Counted from the stretch's first letter, positions 20,585 to 31,125 are shown. The stretch is 64,000 bases of DNA from Thermodesulfobacteriota bacterium (GCA_035559815.1 DATMAT010000029.1:2485-66484); one strand, 5' to 3'. Numbers and translations are program-made. Notes: generated by a model not told the origin, from the letters alone.

Positions 20585-20765
20585 ATGTAATTACCTTCCG
20601 GTCATTGTGAGAGATACTTTGTTCACACTCAGCACGGGTCCCGTCTTGAAGCAATCTGACAGCAAGTGTCATTCCGAACGTACGTGAGGAATCTCAACGG
20701 ATTGCTTTGCTAATGCTGGCAATGACAACTTATTAATGCAATTAATATAATCGACATTCCTATCC

Positions 20766-22250
20766 TTAAAAACTTACCGTAAGTTGCGTCCTGAATCTAT
20801 TGGTGTCTATATCCAGAAACTCATCCCGTATAAAAGAATAATCAAACTGAAGTTTTAGGCTGTGGTTCTTAAGGAAATAAAAGCTTACTCCGGGTGTGAT
20901 CTCCCAAATCCGGTCGTCGTCCGAATCATTGTCCAGGTCGATAAGGGCAAATCTTCCCGCCACTTCAAGGGTTCTCGGAACAATGAAAATTCCCGACTGT
21001 ATTCTTATTCCCTGGGAAAGTAGGCTGTCTATTCCTGCTTCATTCGGATTTATGTTTCTTAGGTCGTATTCCGCCTCTAGTGAGAAGATAAGATACTTTA
21101 TCGAGAGGTCGGTGGAGAACTGGAAGATATCGCTTTTGACTGAGCCAAGGGAAATGACTCTATCGTTTATAAAAGCATTGTCCGGGCTCTTTTCGGCGGG
21201 CTTGAATCCCGGGAGATAGGCAAAGGCGGTGCTTACCGCTATGAGCGGAATTTCCGGGTTATCAAAAGACCCCTGTGAGTAGGTATAATCGCCCGAAACC
21301 GGGAATGGATTAATGGAAGAATACCGGGGCTGCCCGGTCGGGGTGAACATAACTCTCCCTACATAAAGTAGGTTGGAGTTATCGGATATGGAATTTCTTC
21401 CGTCTCCATTGAATATACCCACTTCATACGTAAGGAATCTACCGACAACCCCACCTATACCTGCGCCTACATCCCGGCCCAGGCTGAATTCTCGATTTAC
21501 GATAGAGTTATCCACGAGTTGGAGGTTAAAAGGATCGGTCAACTCCTCGCGGTTGAAAGGAACCCGGTACTGTCCTGCTCTCGGAACGGCTTCGGTGAAT
21601 TTGGCGAAGTCGAGAATATAATCAAGTAGCTCTACATCACCACTTGCCTCCAGTATAACTAAATATTTAAGCCAAGGGAGGAAAGCGTTTCCTCTGAACG
21701 ATATCCAGAGCCTTCTAATGTCGAAACCGGTTTGCGTATCGCTGTCTTCATCTTCCACGAAGAATTGGAACTGAGAACGGAAGTTTATTTTTAAGGAAAA
21801 TAAATCGTCCTTAGTTTCCATGAAAAACCCGCTACTGTATCCCACCTCTACATACTTCCACCACTCGGTGACGAATGTTTTTGTTGCCGGTTCATCGACT
21901 TCTTCCTGCGGCTTAACTGGCTCGGCGTATTCTTTCTCTTCCTTGCTCTTGGCTTCGAGCTCTTCGATGCGTTTATTCAACTCCTCAATCTCTTTTTCGT
22001 GCTGTTTCTGAATCCTCTTTATCTCCAGCTTCAAGTTCTCTATTTCCCTATCCGTTTCGTCATCGGTTGTAAAAGCAGGTAGGGAAAAAGAAAACGGAAT
22101 GGAGAAGCATAGGACCAGAATCAACATACGTAGGGGCGAATCTTGTGTTCGGCTTTCGGTTTTATTCTTCAGTATCTCTTTTGTAGAGCGGTCGGGGGAT
22201 TTTTTTTTATCACGAAAGCTGGTGTCAGCCAGCTTTGATAGAAGTTTCAT
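20766..22250 (-). CDS. outer-membrane beta-barrel protein (porin O/P-like) with N-terminal coiled coil
   Basis: signal/TM, coiled coil, alternating beta-strand pattern, C-terminal ...TVSF. Confidence 0.4.
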   Translation of the reverse strand: MKLLSKLADTSFRDKKKSPDRSTKEILKNKTESRTQDSPLRMLILVLCFSIPFSFSLPAFTTDDETDREIENLKLEIKRIQKQHEKEIEELNKRIEELEAKSKEEKEYAEPVKPQEEVDEPATKTFVTEWWKYVEVGYSSGFFMETKDDLFSLKINFRSQFQFFVEDEDSDTQTGFDIRRLWISFRGNAFLPWLKYLVILEASGDVELLDYILDFAKFTEAVPRAGQYRVPFNREELTDPFNLQLVDNSIVNREFSLGRDVGAGIGGVVGRFLTYEVGIFNGDGRNSISDNSNLLYVGRVMFTPTGQPRYSSINPFPVSGDYTYSQGSFDNPEIPLIAVSTAFAYLPGFKPAEKSPDNAFINDRVISLGSVKSDIFQFSTDLSIKYLIFSLEAEYDLRNINPNEAGIDSLLSQGIRIQSGIFIVPRTLEVAGRFALIDLDNDSDDDRIWEITPGVSFYFLKNHSLKLQFDYSFIRDEFLDIDTNRFRTQLTVSF

Positions 22251-22357
22251 CGCTATGAATATACCATCTCTCTACAAGTTACAGAAAAGAAACTCTAAGT
22301 TTCAATCGTTAATCTAATTGTATAAAATCTATATAATAAAATACTAAGGAGTTCAAC

Positions 22358-23674
22358 ATGAAAATCCCGGAGGGTCTTAATGTCGCTTTAGATTTTGGTC
22401 TTCTCGATGCCATATTCACCAGACGGTCCAGAAGGTTCGGCCTGGGCATGGAGATGAAAGAAGGAACATTGAAATATAAATCCAGGTTCGAGCCGATTCC
22501 GCTTACCGAGCTTGAAGAAGCCTTCCTGGTCTGGGCGGGAACAGGTATGACCGGGCTTTCTTTGGGTGACCTTCCCCGAACCGGGATCTCCTGGCTTTTC
22601 CAGTGGACCGGGCGTTCCTGGCCCTGTTCCTGCAATTCTCATTCTACAGAGCTCTTCTATACCAACGATAACGGGGTATATATGGTAAAGCTCTTCAACC
22701 TCATGCCCGAGCCGGGGGAGACCCTGATTTTTTCGGGCAAATCCGAGGAGGAGAAGTTAGAGAAAGTAATAAGACTTTTCCGGAAGAGCCTGATAAAACT
22801 CCAGGATGGAAGAGCGGACTTGCCAAAAGGAGAGCCGGGTTTATTTGATTTCAACGCCTGGAATACGAACAAGCCGGGAACTACTTTTTTCATCCCGGTC
22901 ACCAATACCACCGTCGAATACATGGTTCTTTTATTTATCTATTTCGGCTCTAAATATGGATTCAACATCATCGACGAGCTTAATGGCGGAAGGTCATGCG
23001 GCCTGGATAAATGGATTGAGAAGGGTTATATAAGAAATGACGTAAGAATGTCTCTCTTCGACCTTGAGCTTAGGGTTCTCACCACGCTGAATGTGGAACA
23101 GGCTTTTATATGCCAGAATATGAACCTCGCACTCCAGGCGCTCGGGCTTGGAGGATGGGCTTTTACCGGGCTCCTTCCCCATTATGCTTTGGGGGTTAAT
23201 CCATCATACAAAGGACTAGGATTCAGGTTTATAAGCCCGGAGAAGAGTTTAAGAAGCATCTTGAACCCGGTTCCGGTAGGGCGTGACGGGGTATTTGAAG
23301 CGTTGTGCCCACCCTATGTAAAGGACATGGGTGAGGCGGTGGATAAATTTCTCAGGATTAGGGGAGATTTCTGGAAGGAGGGAAATCCCTATCCATACCG
23401 GAATCCCCAGGGAGTACTCGATGATGAGTATCATCCTTCTCCGGAGAGAGTACAGATTGTGAAGGATTTTTGCACCTACGTTTATGAGAACTATGGTAGA
23501 TTCCCGGCATTTCTCGACCCGATGTTTGCGAGGCTGGTTTTCCAGGCCCATCATCTTGACCTGGAATTTTATGATAAACACTACACCGAAGGGGCATACA
23601 CCGAGGTTCACAAGAATCACTTCAAGCTCTGGCACCCGGAGATTGTGGATTTGGGATTGCGAAATTCGGAGTAA
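22358..23674 (+). CDS. nitroreductase-fold (SagB-type dehydrogenase-like) protein with about 170-aa C-terminal extension
   Basis: LDAIFTRRSRRF (nitroreductase RRSxR motif) and EQAFICQNMNLALQALGLGGWAFTG (FMN-site motif). Confidence 0.45.
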   Translation: MKIPEGLNVALDFGLLDAIFTRRSRRFGLGMEMKEGTLKYKSRFEPIPLTELEEAFLVWAGTGMTGLSLGDLPRTGISWLFQWTGRSWPCSCNSHSTELFYTNDNGVYMVKLFNLMPEPGETLIFSGKSEEEKLEKVIRLFRKSLIKLQDGRADLPKGEPGLFDFNAWNTNKPGTTFFIPVTNTTVEYMVLLFIYFGSKYGFNIIDELNGGRSCGLDKWIEKGYIRNDVRMSLFDLELRVLTTLNVEQAFICQNMNLALQALGLGGWAFTGLLPHYALGVNPSYKGLGFRFISPEKSLRSILNPVPVGRDGVFEALCPPYVKDMGEAVDKFLRIRGDFWKEGNPYPYRNPQGVLDDEYHPSPERVQIVKDFCTYVYENYGRFPAFLDPMFARLVFQAHHLDLEFYDKHYTEGAYTEVHKNHFKLWHPEIVDLGLRNSE

Positions 23675-23837
23675 ATTAGCCACGAAGGACAGAGAGGGCA
23701 CGAATGGACATAGACCAGGATCCAGGATACACGATGCATGATGAGTAGTTCATGAGGATTTTATCGGGCATCCTGCATCTTGAATCGTGCATCGGTTTAC
23801 TCAAGTGACTCTGTGCTCTCTTTGATTATAATAAAGT

Positions 23838-24941
23838 ATGAGAGTAATCTACAAGCGTCTAGTCACTAAAAGCGGGTCCGAGCAGGATGTTCTCTATATC
23901 CCCGATAAATGCGTGATAACACATAGTCATTATCTTGATAACTATCTGTACAGTTCGAAGGATGATTGGCTGCGAAAATATGGAAAAGCCAAGGGTATAA
24001 TGGAGAGGGAAATAGAGGCAGACGAAGCTTCGGTGAATAGACTCGTAGAGATTGGAGAGCTGTACATCGACCCAAGAGGTAGGATTCACGATATTGATAA
24101 CGAAGAGTTTAGGCTATTATTCAAAACTTTAGCCGGGGGTAGAGTAATGAAAACGTTAACGGCCGAGTCGATAAAAAAAATTCTTAGGGCGAAAACAATC
24201 GGGGAGCCAATATATTTATTCGAAGAAGTCGGCTCTACGAATGAAGTAGCGTGTGAGCTGGGGAGGAATGGCGCTATTCATGGCACGGTGGTAATTGCCG
24301 ACTCTCAAACCAGGGGGAGGGGAAGGCTTCAAAGGAAATGGATCTCACCACCGGGGCTTAATCTCTATATGTCGGTAGTATTTCGTCCGAATATCGACCC
24401 AAGCGATGCTCCACTGCTTACTTTTGTTGCCGCCGTTGCCGTGTATGAGGCGGTGAAGGGGCAGGGAGCCAACGCCTCCATAAAATGGCCTAATGATGTG
24501 CTTATTGATAACAAGAAGGTAGCAGGCATGTTGACGGAAATGCAGACTAAGGGAGAAAGAGTTGATTTTGTAGCGGTAGGAATAGGAGTGAACCTGAATA
24601 TGACCAGGGAAATAATGGAGAAAGAGATGGGAGAAGTAGCAGAGATAGCAACTTCTCTTACTGAGGCAACCGGACAGGAAATCGACAGGACCAAGTTCAT
24701 TGCCACTCTTATCGATGAGCTTGAAATATGGTATCAGAGGTTTATGAGTGAAGGGAAAACTCTAATCATCAAGGAATGGACGGAAAGGTGGGGATCATCT
24801 AATCGTAGGGTGCGGGCGATATATGATGAGAATATGGTCGAAGGCATTGCTACCGGAGTAAATGAAAATGGGCATTTGGTTCTGAAAAAGGATGATGGAA
24901 CGACCGAGGTGATTGTCGCCGGAGATGTGGTTCTTATTTAA
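23838..24941 (+). CDS. birA: biotin--[acetyl-CoA-carboxylase] ligase with atypical N-terminal domain
   Basis: GRGRLQRKWISPPGLNLYMSVVF catalytic motif; first about 100 aa lack an obvious HTH. Confidence 0.75.
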   Translation: MRVIYKRLVTKSGSEQDVLYIPDKCVITHSHYLDNYLYSSKDDWLRKYGKAKGIMEREIEADEASVNRLVEIGELYIDPRGRIHDIDNEEFRLLFKTLAGGRVMKTLTAESIKKILRAKTIGEPIYLFEEVGSTNEVACELGRNGAIHGTVVIADSQTRGRGRLQRKWISPPGLNLYMSVVFRPNIDPSDAPLLTFVAAVAVYEAVKGQGANASIKWPNDVLIDNKKVAGMLTEMQTKGERVDFVAVGIGVNLNMTREIMEKEMGEVAEIATSLTEATGQEIDRTKFIATLIDELEIWYQRFMSEGKTLIIKEWTERWGSSNRRVRAIYDENMVEGIATGVNENGHLVLKKDDGTTEVIVAGDVVLI

Positions 24942-24952
24942 GAATTGAGTTG

Positions 24953-25075
24953 TTCACCCTTCGACTGCGCTCAGGGTGAACGGTTTTTATTCCTTATTTC
25001 CAGCGGATGTAAATCCGCTCATGCTGAGTTTAGTCGAAGAATGAATTTAAAATGTAGGGAGTTCATCCTTCGTCA
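24953..25075. repeat. family A composite hairpin repeat
   Basis: cccttcgactgcgctcagggtgaacgg...cagcggatgtaaatccgctcatgctgag...gtcgaag. Confidence 0.7.
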
Positions 25076-25138
25076 GCGTATTTATGGGCAACACCTGTGC
25101 CGACATTGTCTGAAACCTTTAATCCCAACTATTGCATT

Positions 25139-25825
25139 TTAAATCTTTCCTTTGTACTTATGCATGGTATCCCAGAACATGAGTTCGTAGTCGAGTCCCA
25201 GTCGTGCAGCCGTTTTCATTTTCTTTTTGTTCATTTCCGTTCTTGCGTACTCTCCGATTATACTCAATATGTTGCTGTAGAACTCAGAGCCGATGGGATA
25301 AAACCCGTCGAGGAACTTTGTATCTTCAGAGGTTAAACCATAATGCTTTTTGAGTCCCTTGCTTACTCTATTACAGTTTTCTCCCCAGACCTCGAAGTCA
25401 AGAATTATGGATGAGGCAATTTCTCCGGGCGATCCGTACGCTGCCAGGCGGGTAAAGTAGTTGGTGAAGGCTAACGAGCCGGCGTGAGGCTCTGAATTAA
25501 CCAGTTCGTTAGTGCTCAGGTCAAGAGCATTTGCCATTCTGAATAGGTTATCCAGGGCGCTTCGCTCTCCACTTATTAAATTTAGGAAAAAATCTCTAAT
25601 TTTCTGGTTTGGAGAAAAGGCGATGTACAGGGCCAAGTTTCTAAAGTCTCCGCTTACGATGTGAAATTGTTGCTTGAGAAAGAACTGTAGATTCTTTATT
25701 GGAGTTTTCCCTCTTTCCACACCGCCAACAAAGGGATGGGTGAGAATCTTTTTTCTTATGAGCTGGAATTCTTTTCTCAAATCATCGAGAAATTTTTCAG
25801 GGGCTCCGAGAATTTTCTTCTGCAT
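25139..25825 (-). CDS. TenA/PqqC-like (haem-oxygenase-fold) protein
   Basis: about 228 aa all-helical; weak resemblance to TenA/THI-4 family. Confidence 0.3.
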   Translation of the reverse strand: MQKKILGAPEKFLDDLRKEFQLIRKKILTHPFVGGVERGKTPIKNLQFFLKQQFHIVSGDFRNLALYIAFSPNQKIRDFFLNLISGERSALDNLFRMANALDLSTNELVNSEPHAGSLAFTNYFTRLAAYGSPGEIASSIILDFEVWGENCNRVSKGLKKHYGLTSEDTKFLDGFYPIGSEFYSNILSIIGEYARTEMNKKKMKTAARLGLDYELMFWDTMHKYKGKI

Positions 25826-25979
25826 AGTTTATCACCTCGTAAAATCATTTTTCATCCCCCGTCTCTCCTTAAATTATTAAGGGCTGAGAGGCTGGATATA
25901 TTTTATCTATGGTCACGCCTTTTGTGAAACGTCTTCACGGCTGGTTCAACGTCATAATTATCCGTAGCTAGTTAAAGAC

Positions 25980-26270
25980 CCATACTTCAACCCTTCGACT
26001 ACGCTGGACTACGGGATGAGAGGATTTGCATCCGCTGGAAATGAGAAAAAACTCCGTTCATACTGACCTTGTGAGTCTGTCGAACGATCGAAGAATGAAT
26101 ACCTCAAGAAATTCATACTTCGACCCTTCGACGATGCTCAGGACTTCAGTATGAGCGGATTTACATCCGCTAAAATAATTAATGATTAATAAAACCCGTT
26201 CGTCCTGAGCCGGGTCGAAGGATGAACACCTTACGTTTCAAATTCATCCTTCGATTGAAACGGATGAGTG
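25980..26270. repeat. cluster of family A repeats (several units, both orientations)
   Basis: multiple cccttcgac...gctcagg / gtcgaagg units with inner agcggat-N-atccgct hairpins. Confidence 0.7.
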
Positions 26271-26321
26271 ATATTATTACCAAAGCATATCTTGTTGGTA
26301 TAGTATTTTAGGAGAATAAAC

Positions 26322-26513
26322 ATGGACAAAGAAGATGAAATCAAAAAGCTTGAGGAGAAGCTCGAGGAAATAAGAAGAGCTAAAAAAGATGTCGAAGAAG
26401 CATTTTCCCATTCCCCCGACATCCGAAGGCAAATTCTTCTGAACCTTTATGCTCAGGAGAAGTTTTTGCAAAAGCTAATTGATGAAAAGCAAAAAGAAAC
26501 GAGTGATACCTGA
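26322..26513 (+). CDS. small coiled-coil protein
   Basis: charged heptad-like sequence; RBS present. Confidence 0.25.
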   Translation: MDKEDEIKKLEEKLEEIRRAKKDVEEAFSHSPDIRRQILLNLYAQEKFLQKLIDEKQKETSDT

Positions 26514-26565
26514 ATCAAAACTTTAATGCTTTAGGTTTTTTCCTGTTAACTTTGAACTCCGAACT

Positions 26566-26907
26566 CTAAACTTTTAACTCTTCATTTACCATGTTGGTCA
26601 TCTCTTCCCGGACACTGTACATAAGCTCTGTCCATTGACGAATTACGGCCAGGTCATTTGTAGGCAGCTTTTTCTTGATCACGAGCCCTAGGCCGGTGGG
26701 TTCTACCTGGCAATCCTTATACTTGTCCTTAACAATTGCACCGAACCTGTAGAGTATGCGAATAGCCTCTATATCCTTACCCTCGAAGCGGGAAATCAAG
26801 ACCACTTCTTGGTCAAATCCCTCAAAGACTATATTCCACAGGCTGGCTTGCGATTCTAAGCCGAACTTGAGGTCAATGACATTGGATTGCGTATTGAGTT
26901 GCTTCAT
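26566..26907 (-). CDS. hypothetical protein (113 aa)
   Basis: ORF upstream of TPR gene, same strand. Confidence 0.3.
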   Translation of the reverse strand: MKQLNTQSNVIDLKFGLESQASLWNIVFEGFDQEVVLISRFEGKDIEAIRILYRFGAIVKDKYKDCQVEPTGLGLVIKKKLPTNDLAVIRQWTELMYSVREEMTNMVNEELKV

Positions 26908-26919
26908 AGAGTTATGATA

Positions 26920-27954
26920 CTATTTGCCGTTAAGTTTAACCAGGCTTTCCCTAGCGCTGGCAATGTAGTTTGCATATCTCACATGCCCGATAGTGAGGTT
27001 TATAAAGGCCTGATAGTTTTTCACCGCTTCGGCGTTGTTGTTTGCTTTTTCATAGGCTATGGCCAGGTAATAATAAGCATCGGGATAGTTTGGGTTCAGC
27101 GAAATCGCCTTCTTCTGGCTGGCGATTGACTCCTCGATTCTATTCATATAGAGAAGAGTAATTCCAAGGTCCGTATATACGGATGCGTCGTCCGGGTCGA
27201 GCTCGATTGCTCTTTGATACTCGGATAAAGCTTGGCCCAGATAGCCTTGCGTTCTCAGTGAAGTTCCCAGGTACTTGTGCAGTTGCGGAGAGTCAGCCAG
27301 CTCGACTGCCCTTTTGTAGTGCTCCGTGGATTTGTTGTAATCCCCTTTCTTGTAAAAATAGGCTTGGGCTAAGCCAACGTGGGCTATGACCAGGTTGGGG
27401 TCCAGCTCTAGGGCTTTTTTGATGTTTGGGTTGTTTGGGTCCCGCCCGGTAGAAGCCCAAATTATGTAGTAGCTTTCGGCATCGTTTGGGTCTTGAGAAA
27501 GCACCCGTCTGGCTGCTGCTTCCGCTTCCTTGTACCTCCTAAGGTGTAGATAGCTCAATGCCAGCGCCCGCTGGGTCTCTTTGCCGTTAGGGTCTAGCTT
27601 GAGTGCTTTAGCTATGTTTTTATAGGAGGTGTTAAAATCTGCCTCGTATTCTTCCCTCACCTCGAATTTGTAAAAACCGGTGAAGGAATATACTTCTCCA
27701 AGTCCGGCATAAGGAGGCGCATATTCTGGATTAACCTCGATAGATTTATTGTAGTATTTGACTGCGTCTTCAAATCCGCTCGGTGTAAAAAGGAGGTAGG
27801 ACTCCCTACCTTTGATATAATACTCAACTTCCTTTGAACCTTTAGCGCTATCCTCTTTCTTAGATTTTTCTTTAGAGCTTGCTGTGTGTAATGGGAAAGA
27901 AATGGATATGAGCGAAAATGCGACCACTGATAACATAAAAAATTTTCCCCTCAT
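26920..27954 (-). CDS. TPR-repeat secreted/lipoprotein
   Basis: signal peptide; multiple TPR motifs (AxxYY...ALELDPN...). Confidence 0.7.
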   Translation of the reverse strand: MRGKFFMLSVVAFSLISISFPLHTASSKEKSKKEDSAKGSKEVEYYIKGRESYLLFTPSGFEDAVKYYNKSIEVNPEYAPPYAGLGEVYSFTGFYKFEVREEYEADFNTSYKNIAKALKLDPNGKETQRALALSYLHLRRYKEAEAAARRVLSQDPNDAESYYIIWASTGRDPNNPNIKKALELDPNLVIAHVGLAQAYFYKKGDYNKSTEHYKRAVELADSPQLHKYLGTSLRTQGYLGQALSEYQRAIELDPDDASVYTDLGITLLYMNRIEESIASQKKAISLNPNYPDAYYYLAIAYEKANNNAEAVKNYQAFINLTIGHVRYANYIASARESLVKLNGK

Positions 27955-27996
27955 TTTTACATCCTCCTCATGGAAAGATTTTTTTGGCGTTTTTTT

Positions 27997-28524
27997 TCAA
28001 TAGTTTTGGTATATGAATTTTACTATTTCCTCTGCCATTCCTTTATACAGGCCGGCATCGGTAAAACCAAGAGAGTTAAAGCCGTTCACCTCACCGGTGG
28101 CGATTTCCTTGCCCGTGTTTTTTTCGACAAGGGCCAGTTGAACGGTTAGGGCAACCTCGCCGAACTTCAACGCGCCGCCCTCATATTTGACGCTTTTCCC
28201 GGATTGATAATCGATTATCTCACCTAAAAGGACAAGTGTATTCTCTGCCGGTATATCTTGGATTGTTTCTCGCCCTACCTTTTGAAATCTGGACTTACCG
28301 GAAATGAGGAGTTTAGCCGTTTCGTCGGGGATTTTGGTCAGGGCATCACTGGGAACATGCTCGACCTGGGTTTCAAGATTTGTGATTTCTAGCCCGGCGT
28401 ATTTACCTAGCCTTGTATCGGGCTGGCTAAAATGTGAAGAGGTTGTTATATTTCCACAACCGGTTGCCAAAAGTAGTATCAGTAAGAGAATACAGGCAGG
28501 AAATAATATAAATCGGTTTTTCAT
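27997..28524 (-). CDS. hypothetical lipoprotein
   Basis: lipobox LATGCGN. Confidence 0.4.
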   Translation of the reverse strand: MKNRFILFPACILLLILLLATGCGNITTSSHFSQPDTRLGKYAGLEITNLETQVEHVPSDALTKIPDETAKLLISGKSRFQKVGRETIQDIPAENTLVLLGEIIDYQSGKSVKYEGGALKFGEVALTVQLALVEKNTGKEIATGEVNGFNSLGFTDAGLYKGMAEEIVKFIYQNY

Positions 28525-28802
28525 TCCTTAGCTTTCCTCCCTATGATTGTATATATATAACATCCTGCAATCAAGTGCCTAAAATAATATGTGATATTGC
28601 GGGATTTACAAGAAGAGTGGTAACAGCAGAGCCGTGACAAGTAATTAATGCTGATATTCATGCTGGAGCGTTTATTTGGCAAAATCATAAGAGATAGGAA
28701 TCTTAATGAATAGTTGTTAGTAGATGGTGTTTAGTTTATAGGTTAATGCTCGACGAGTCTAGCTATTCGACAATTCCATGATAGGCCTGATGAAGGATGG
28801 AA

Positions 28803-28975
28803 GGTGAACACAACTCTTGATAAACAAAAGATCATGCTTCGACCCTTCGTCTCTGCTCAGGGCTCAGCATGAGCGTATGCATGCATCCGCTAAATAAGGA
28901 GAGATAAAAAACCGTTCACTTTGAGCCGGGCCACCCTGAGTTAGACCGAAGGGTCCAAGGGTGAACACCTCGGGT
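28803..28975. repeat. family A repeat cluster
   Basis: cgacccttcgtctctgctcagggctcag...agcgtatgcatgcatccgct...gaccgaagggtcc. Confidence 0.65.
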
Positions 28976-29359
28976 GTCATATTCGTGAGCAAGAAAAAAT
29001 GAAAGAGGAGAGTTGGGATTCCTCGGGCGTTATTGCGAGGGAGAGAAACGACCGAAGCAATCCCTTGAAAAAAGAGATTGCTTCTATAAAGCCAATTATC
29101 CTCTTGCTCTACCATGGGAAGAGGGAGAATTGTCGAAAATCCGCTCGCCCCGAAAGGAATAAAATCATACAATCCCAAGGATTGACAAAATACGTCTGGA
29201 ATCAGTCAATTTGACAATTTTTGTCGTAAAAATGGGGTAATTTGCGCAAAATGCTACTTCTGGGAGGGTGGATAAAGGTCGGATTTGTTGCATTTTGGTT
29301 AAAGAATATCTTGGCTTTTCAATAGATTGTATTATCATTAAAGAGCGAAACGGCAAGGT

Positions 29360-29375
29360 TGGCACGGGGATTGCA
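29360..29375 (+). promoter_or_regulatory. sigma54 (-24/-12) promoter of pilin-like gene 1
   Basis: TGGCAC-gggga-TTGCA exact RpoN consensus 44 nt upstream of ATG; GACAA-N3-TTGTC palindrome at 29213-29225 as candidate enhancer site. Confidence 0.6.
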
Positions 29376-29418
29376 AAAACATTGGACAATTCAAAATTTT
29401 TTATAGGAGGTAGTCGAG

Positions 29419-30009
29419 ATGTTTAAGTCAAGACTAGTTAGTAAGAAGGGCGAAAAGGGTTTTACCCTGATCGAGCTGTTGGTGGTCGCGGCCATCATCG
29501 GCATATTGCTTGCGATCGCTATTCCTAACCTTATCAAGGCTAGGATGTCCGCGAACGAGGCGAACGCGAGAAAAGCCATGCAAACTTTAAGGGATGCAGA
29601 AGGTGAGTACTTCGAGCAGGACCTGGATAATAATGGAACTAGGGACTACATCGATGAAATAGGTAACCTTACTGGTACTACGCCTTCTTTACGTGACCCT
29701 GAAGGCACTGCTGATGAGCAAGATGCGCTTGTAGACAGTAGTTTTGAGGGGGCAAGCGATACTGGGGGTGCTGATTGTAGTGATCCAAAGGCGGGATATT
29801 GCATTAGATGGGATGCTGCTGTCGTTGCCAATGCAGCTGGCCTTTTTGACGATTTTGGTTGGCAGTCAACTATGACTAGCTTTAACAAGGTTGGAAGAAG
29901 AGACTACGCAGTATACGGGGATGGAGTTATAAGATGTGACGTCAGCACATCAGGAGTCGGCCAACCTGGAACATTTGAAGTTGATCGGACTGACCCTGGT
30001 TGTGATTAA
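29419..30009 (+). CDS. type IV pilin-like protein (prepilin N-terminal methylation domain)
   Basis: KGFTLIELLVVAAIIGILLAIAIPNL class III signal; C-terminal Cys pair; TDPGCD end. Confidence 0.7.
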   Translation: MFKSRLVSKKGEKGFTLIELLVVAAIIGILLAIAIPNLIKARMSANEANARKAMQTLRDAEGEYFEQDLDNNGTRDYIDEIGNLTGTTPSLRDPEGTADEQDALVDSSFEGASDTGGADCSDPKAGYCIRWDAAVVANAAGLFDDFGWQSTMTSFNKVGRRDYAVYGDGVIRCDVSTSGVGQPGTFEVDRTDPGCD

Positions 30010-30479
30010 TAACAACCTAAGACTAAGTACAAAAGGGTGGCTAGAGTATCTTATTCTTGCCACCCTTTTAGTTTTATTAAATCGCTTTAACCAGATTATA
30101 AGACACTATCCAATTAAAAAACATTGCTGTTTATTAGAGTTGAGTATACCGTATAAAACAGGCTCGTAACTGACTAAAGGTCAAATATTTCCCTCGAAAA
30201 ATGTGGGTCTTATATTGTTCTTAATTTTTTGCAAGCTGTTTTAATTTCTAGACTCAGCATTAGAGGTTCTTCGGAGCCTTGTAATGTTAGCATTTTATCG
30301 GATTATTAAAACAAATATTGAAGGGTTGTTATAGAGTATGCAGGGAACACACGACAAAAATTGTCATTTCCTGCAAATTTTGTCAAGACATTATAATTAC
30401 TACTTTCTAAGAAATTAAATTATCAATAAAAACTCTTTGTTCTCAGTGTGTTATATATCCAAAATCAGCCGTTGCTTTC

Positions 30480-30495
30480 TGGTACAAACATTGCA
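30480..30495 (+). promoter_or_regulatory. sigma54-like promoter of pilin-like gene 2
   Basis: TGGTAC-aaaca-TTGCA (GG/GC conserved); GACAA-N3-TTGTC palindrome at 30353-30365. Confidence 0.5.
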
Positions 30496-30531
30496 AGAAA
30501 GATTATTAATTAAAAATTAGAGGCGGTTCTA

Positions 30532-31125
30532 ATGTTTAATTTAGGTATAAATACTGAAAAAGGTTTCACCCTTATTGAACTCTTGGTAGTAGCAGCCATC
30601 ATCGGAATATTACTTGGTATAGCGATTCCAAACCTTATTAAAGCACGTCTTTCGGCTAATGAGTCTAATGCCAGAAAAGCCCTTCAGACTATTAGAGATG
30701 CAGAATATGAATATTCCGAACAAGACTTAGATGATAATGGCGCAAGAGATTATACTAACTTTATAGGTTCGTTGGGTGCGTCAGGTACTTTGCGTGATCC
30801 TTCCGGTACCAACGACGAACAAAATGCGCTTCTGGATATCACTTTTGAAGGTGCAGTAGTGAATGACGGAAATGCAGCGGCTACCGCCAATTGCACTGAC
30901 CCAAAGGCAGGATATTGCATTGGATGGAGTGGAGATGTTAACACCGATTCTACTACGCTAGCAGGTGATTTTGGTTGGGAGGCTTCTATGACAGGTGCTG
31001 GTAAGACCGGAAGAAAAGATTTTTCTGTTTTTGCCGACAAGGTTATCAAATGTATTGCTACTACCCAATCTAGTGGCAGCGCAGGACAATTTGAATCATC
31101 CCGTACCGACCCTGATTGTGATTGA
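30532..31125 (+). CDS. type IV pilin-like protein, paralogue of 29419-30009
   Basis: same N-terminal prepilin domain, conserved DPKAGYCI(R/G)W and TDPDCD C-terminus. Confidence 0.7.
   Translation: MFNLGINTEKGFTLIELLVVAAIIGILLGIAIPNLIKARLSANESNARKALQTIRDAEYEYSEQDLDDNGARDYTNFIGSLGASGTLRDPSGTNDEQNALLDITFEGAVVNDGNAAATANCTDPKAGYCIGWSGDVNTDSTTLAGDFGWEASMTGAGKTGRKDFSVFADKVIKCIATTQSSGSAGQFESSRTDPDCD

Noticed and set aside
23249-23701. 150-aa minus-strand ORF
   Set aside because: It is antisense within the nitroreductase-like gene.
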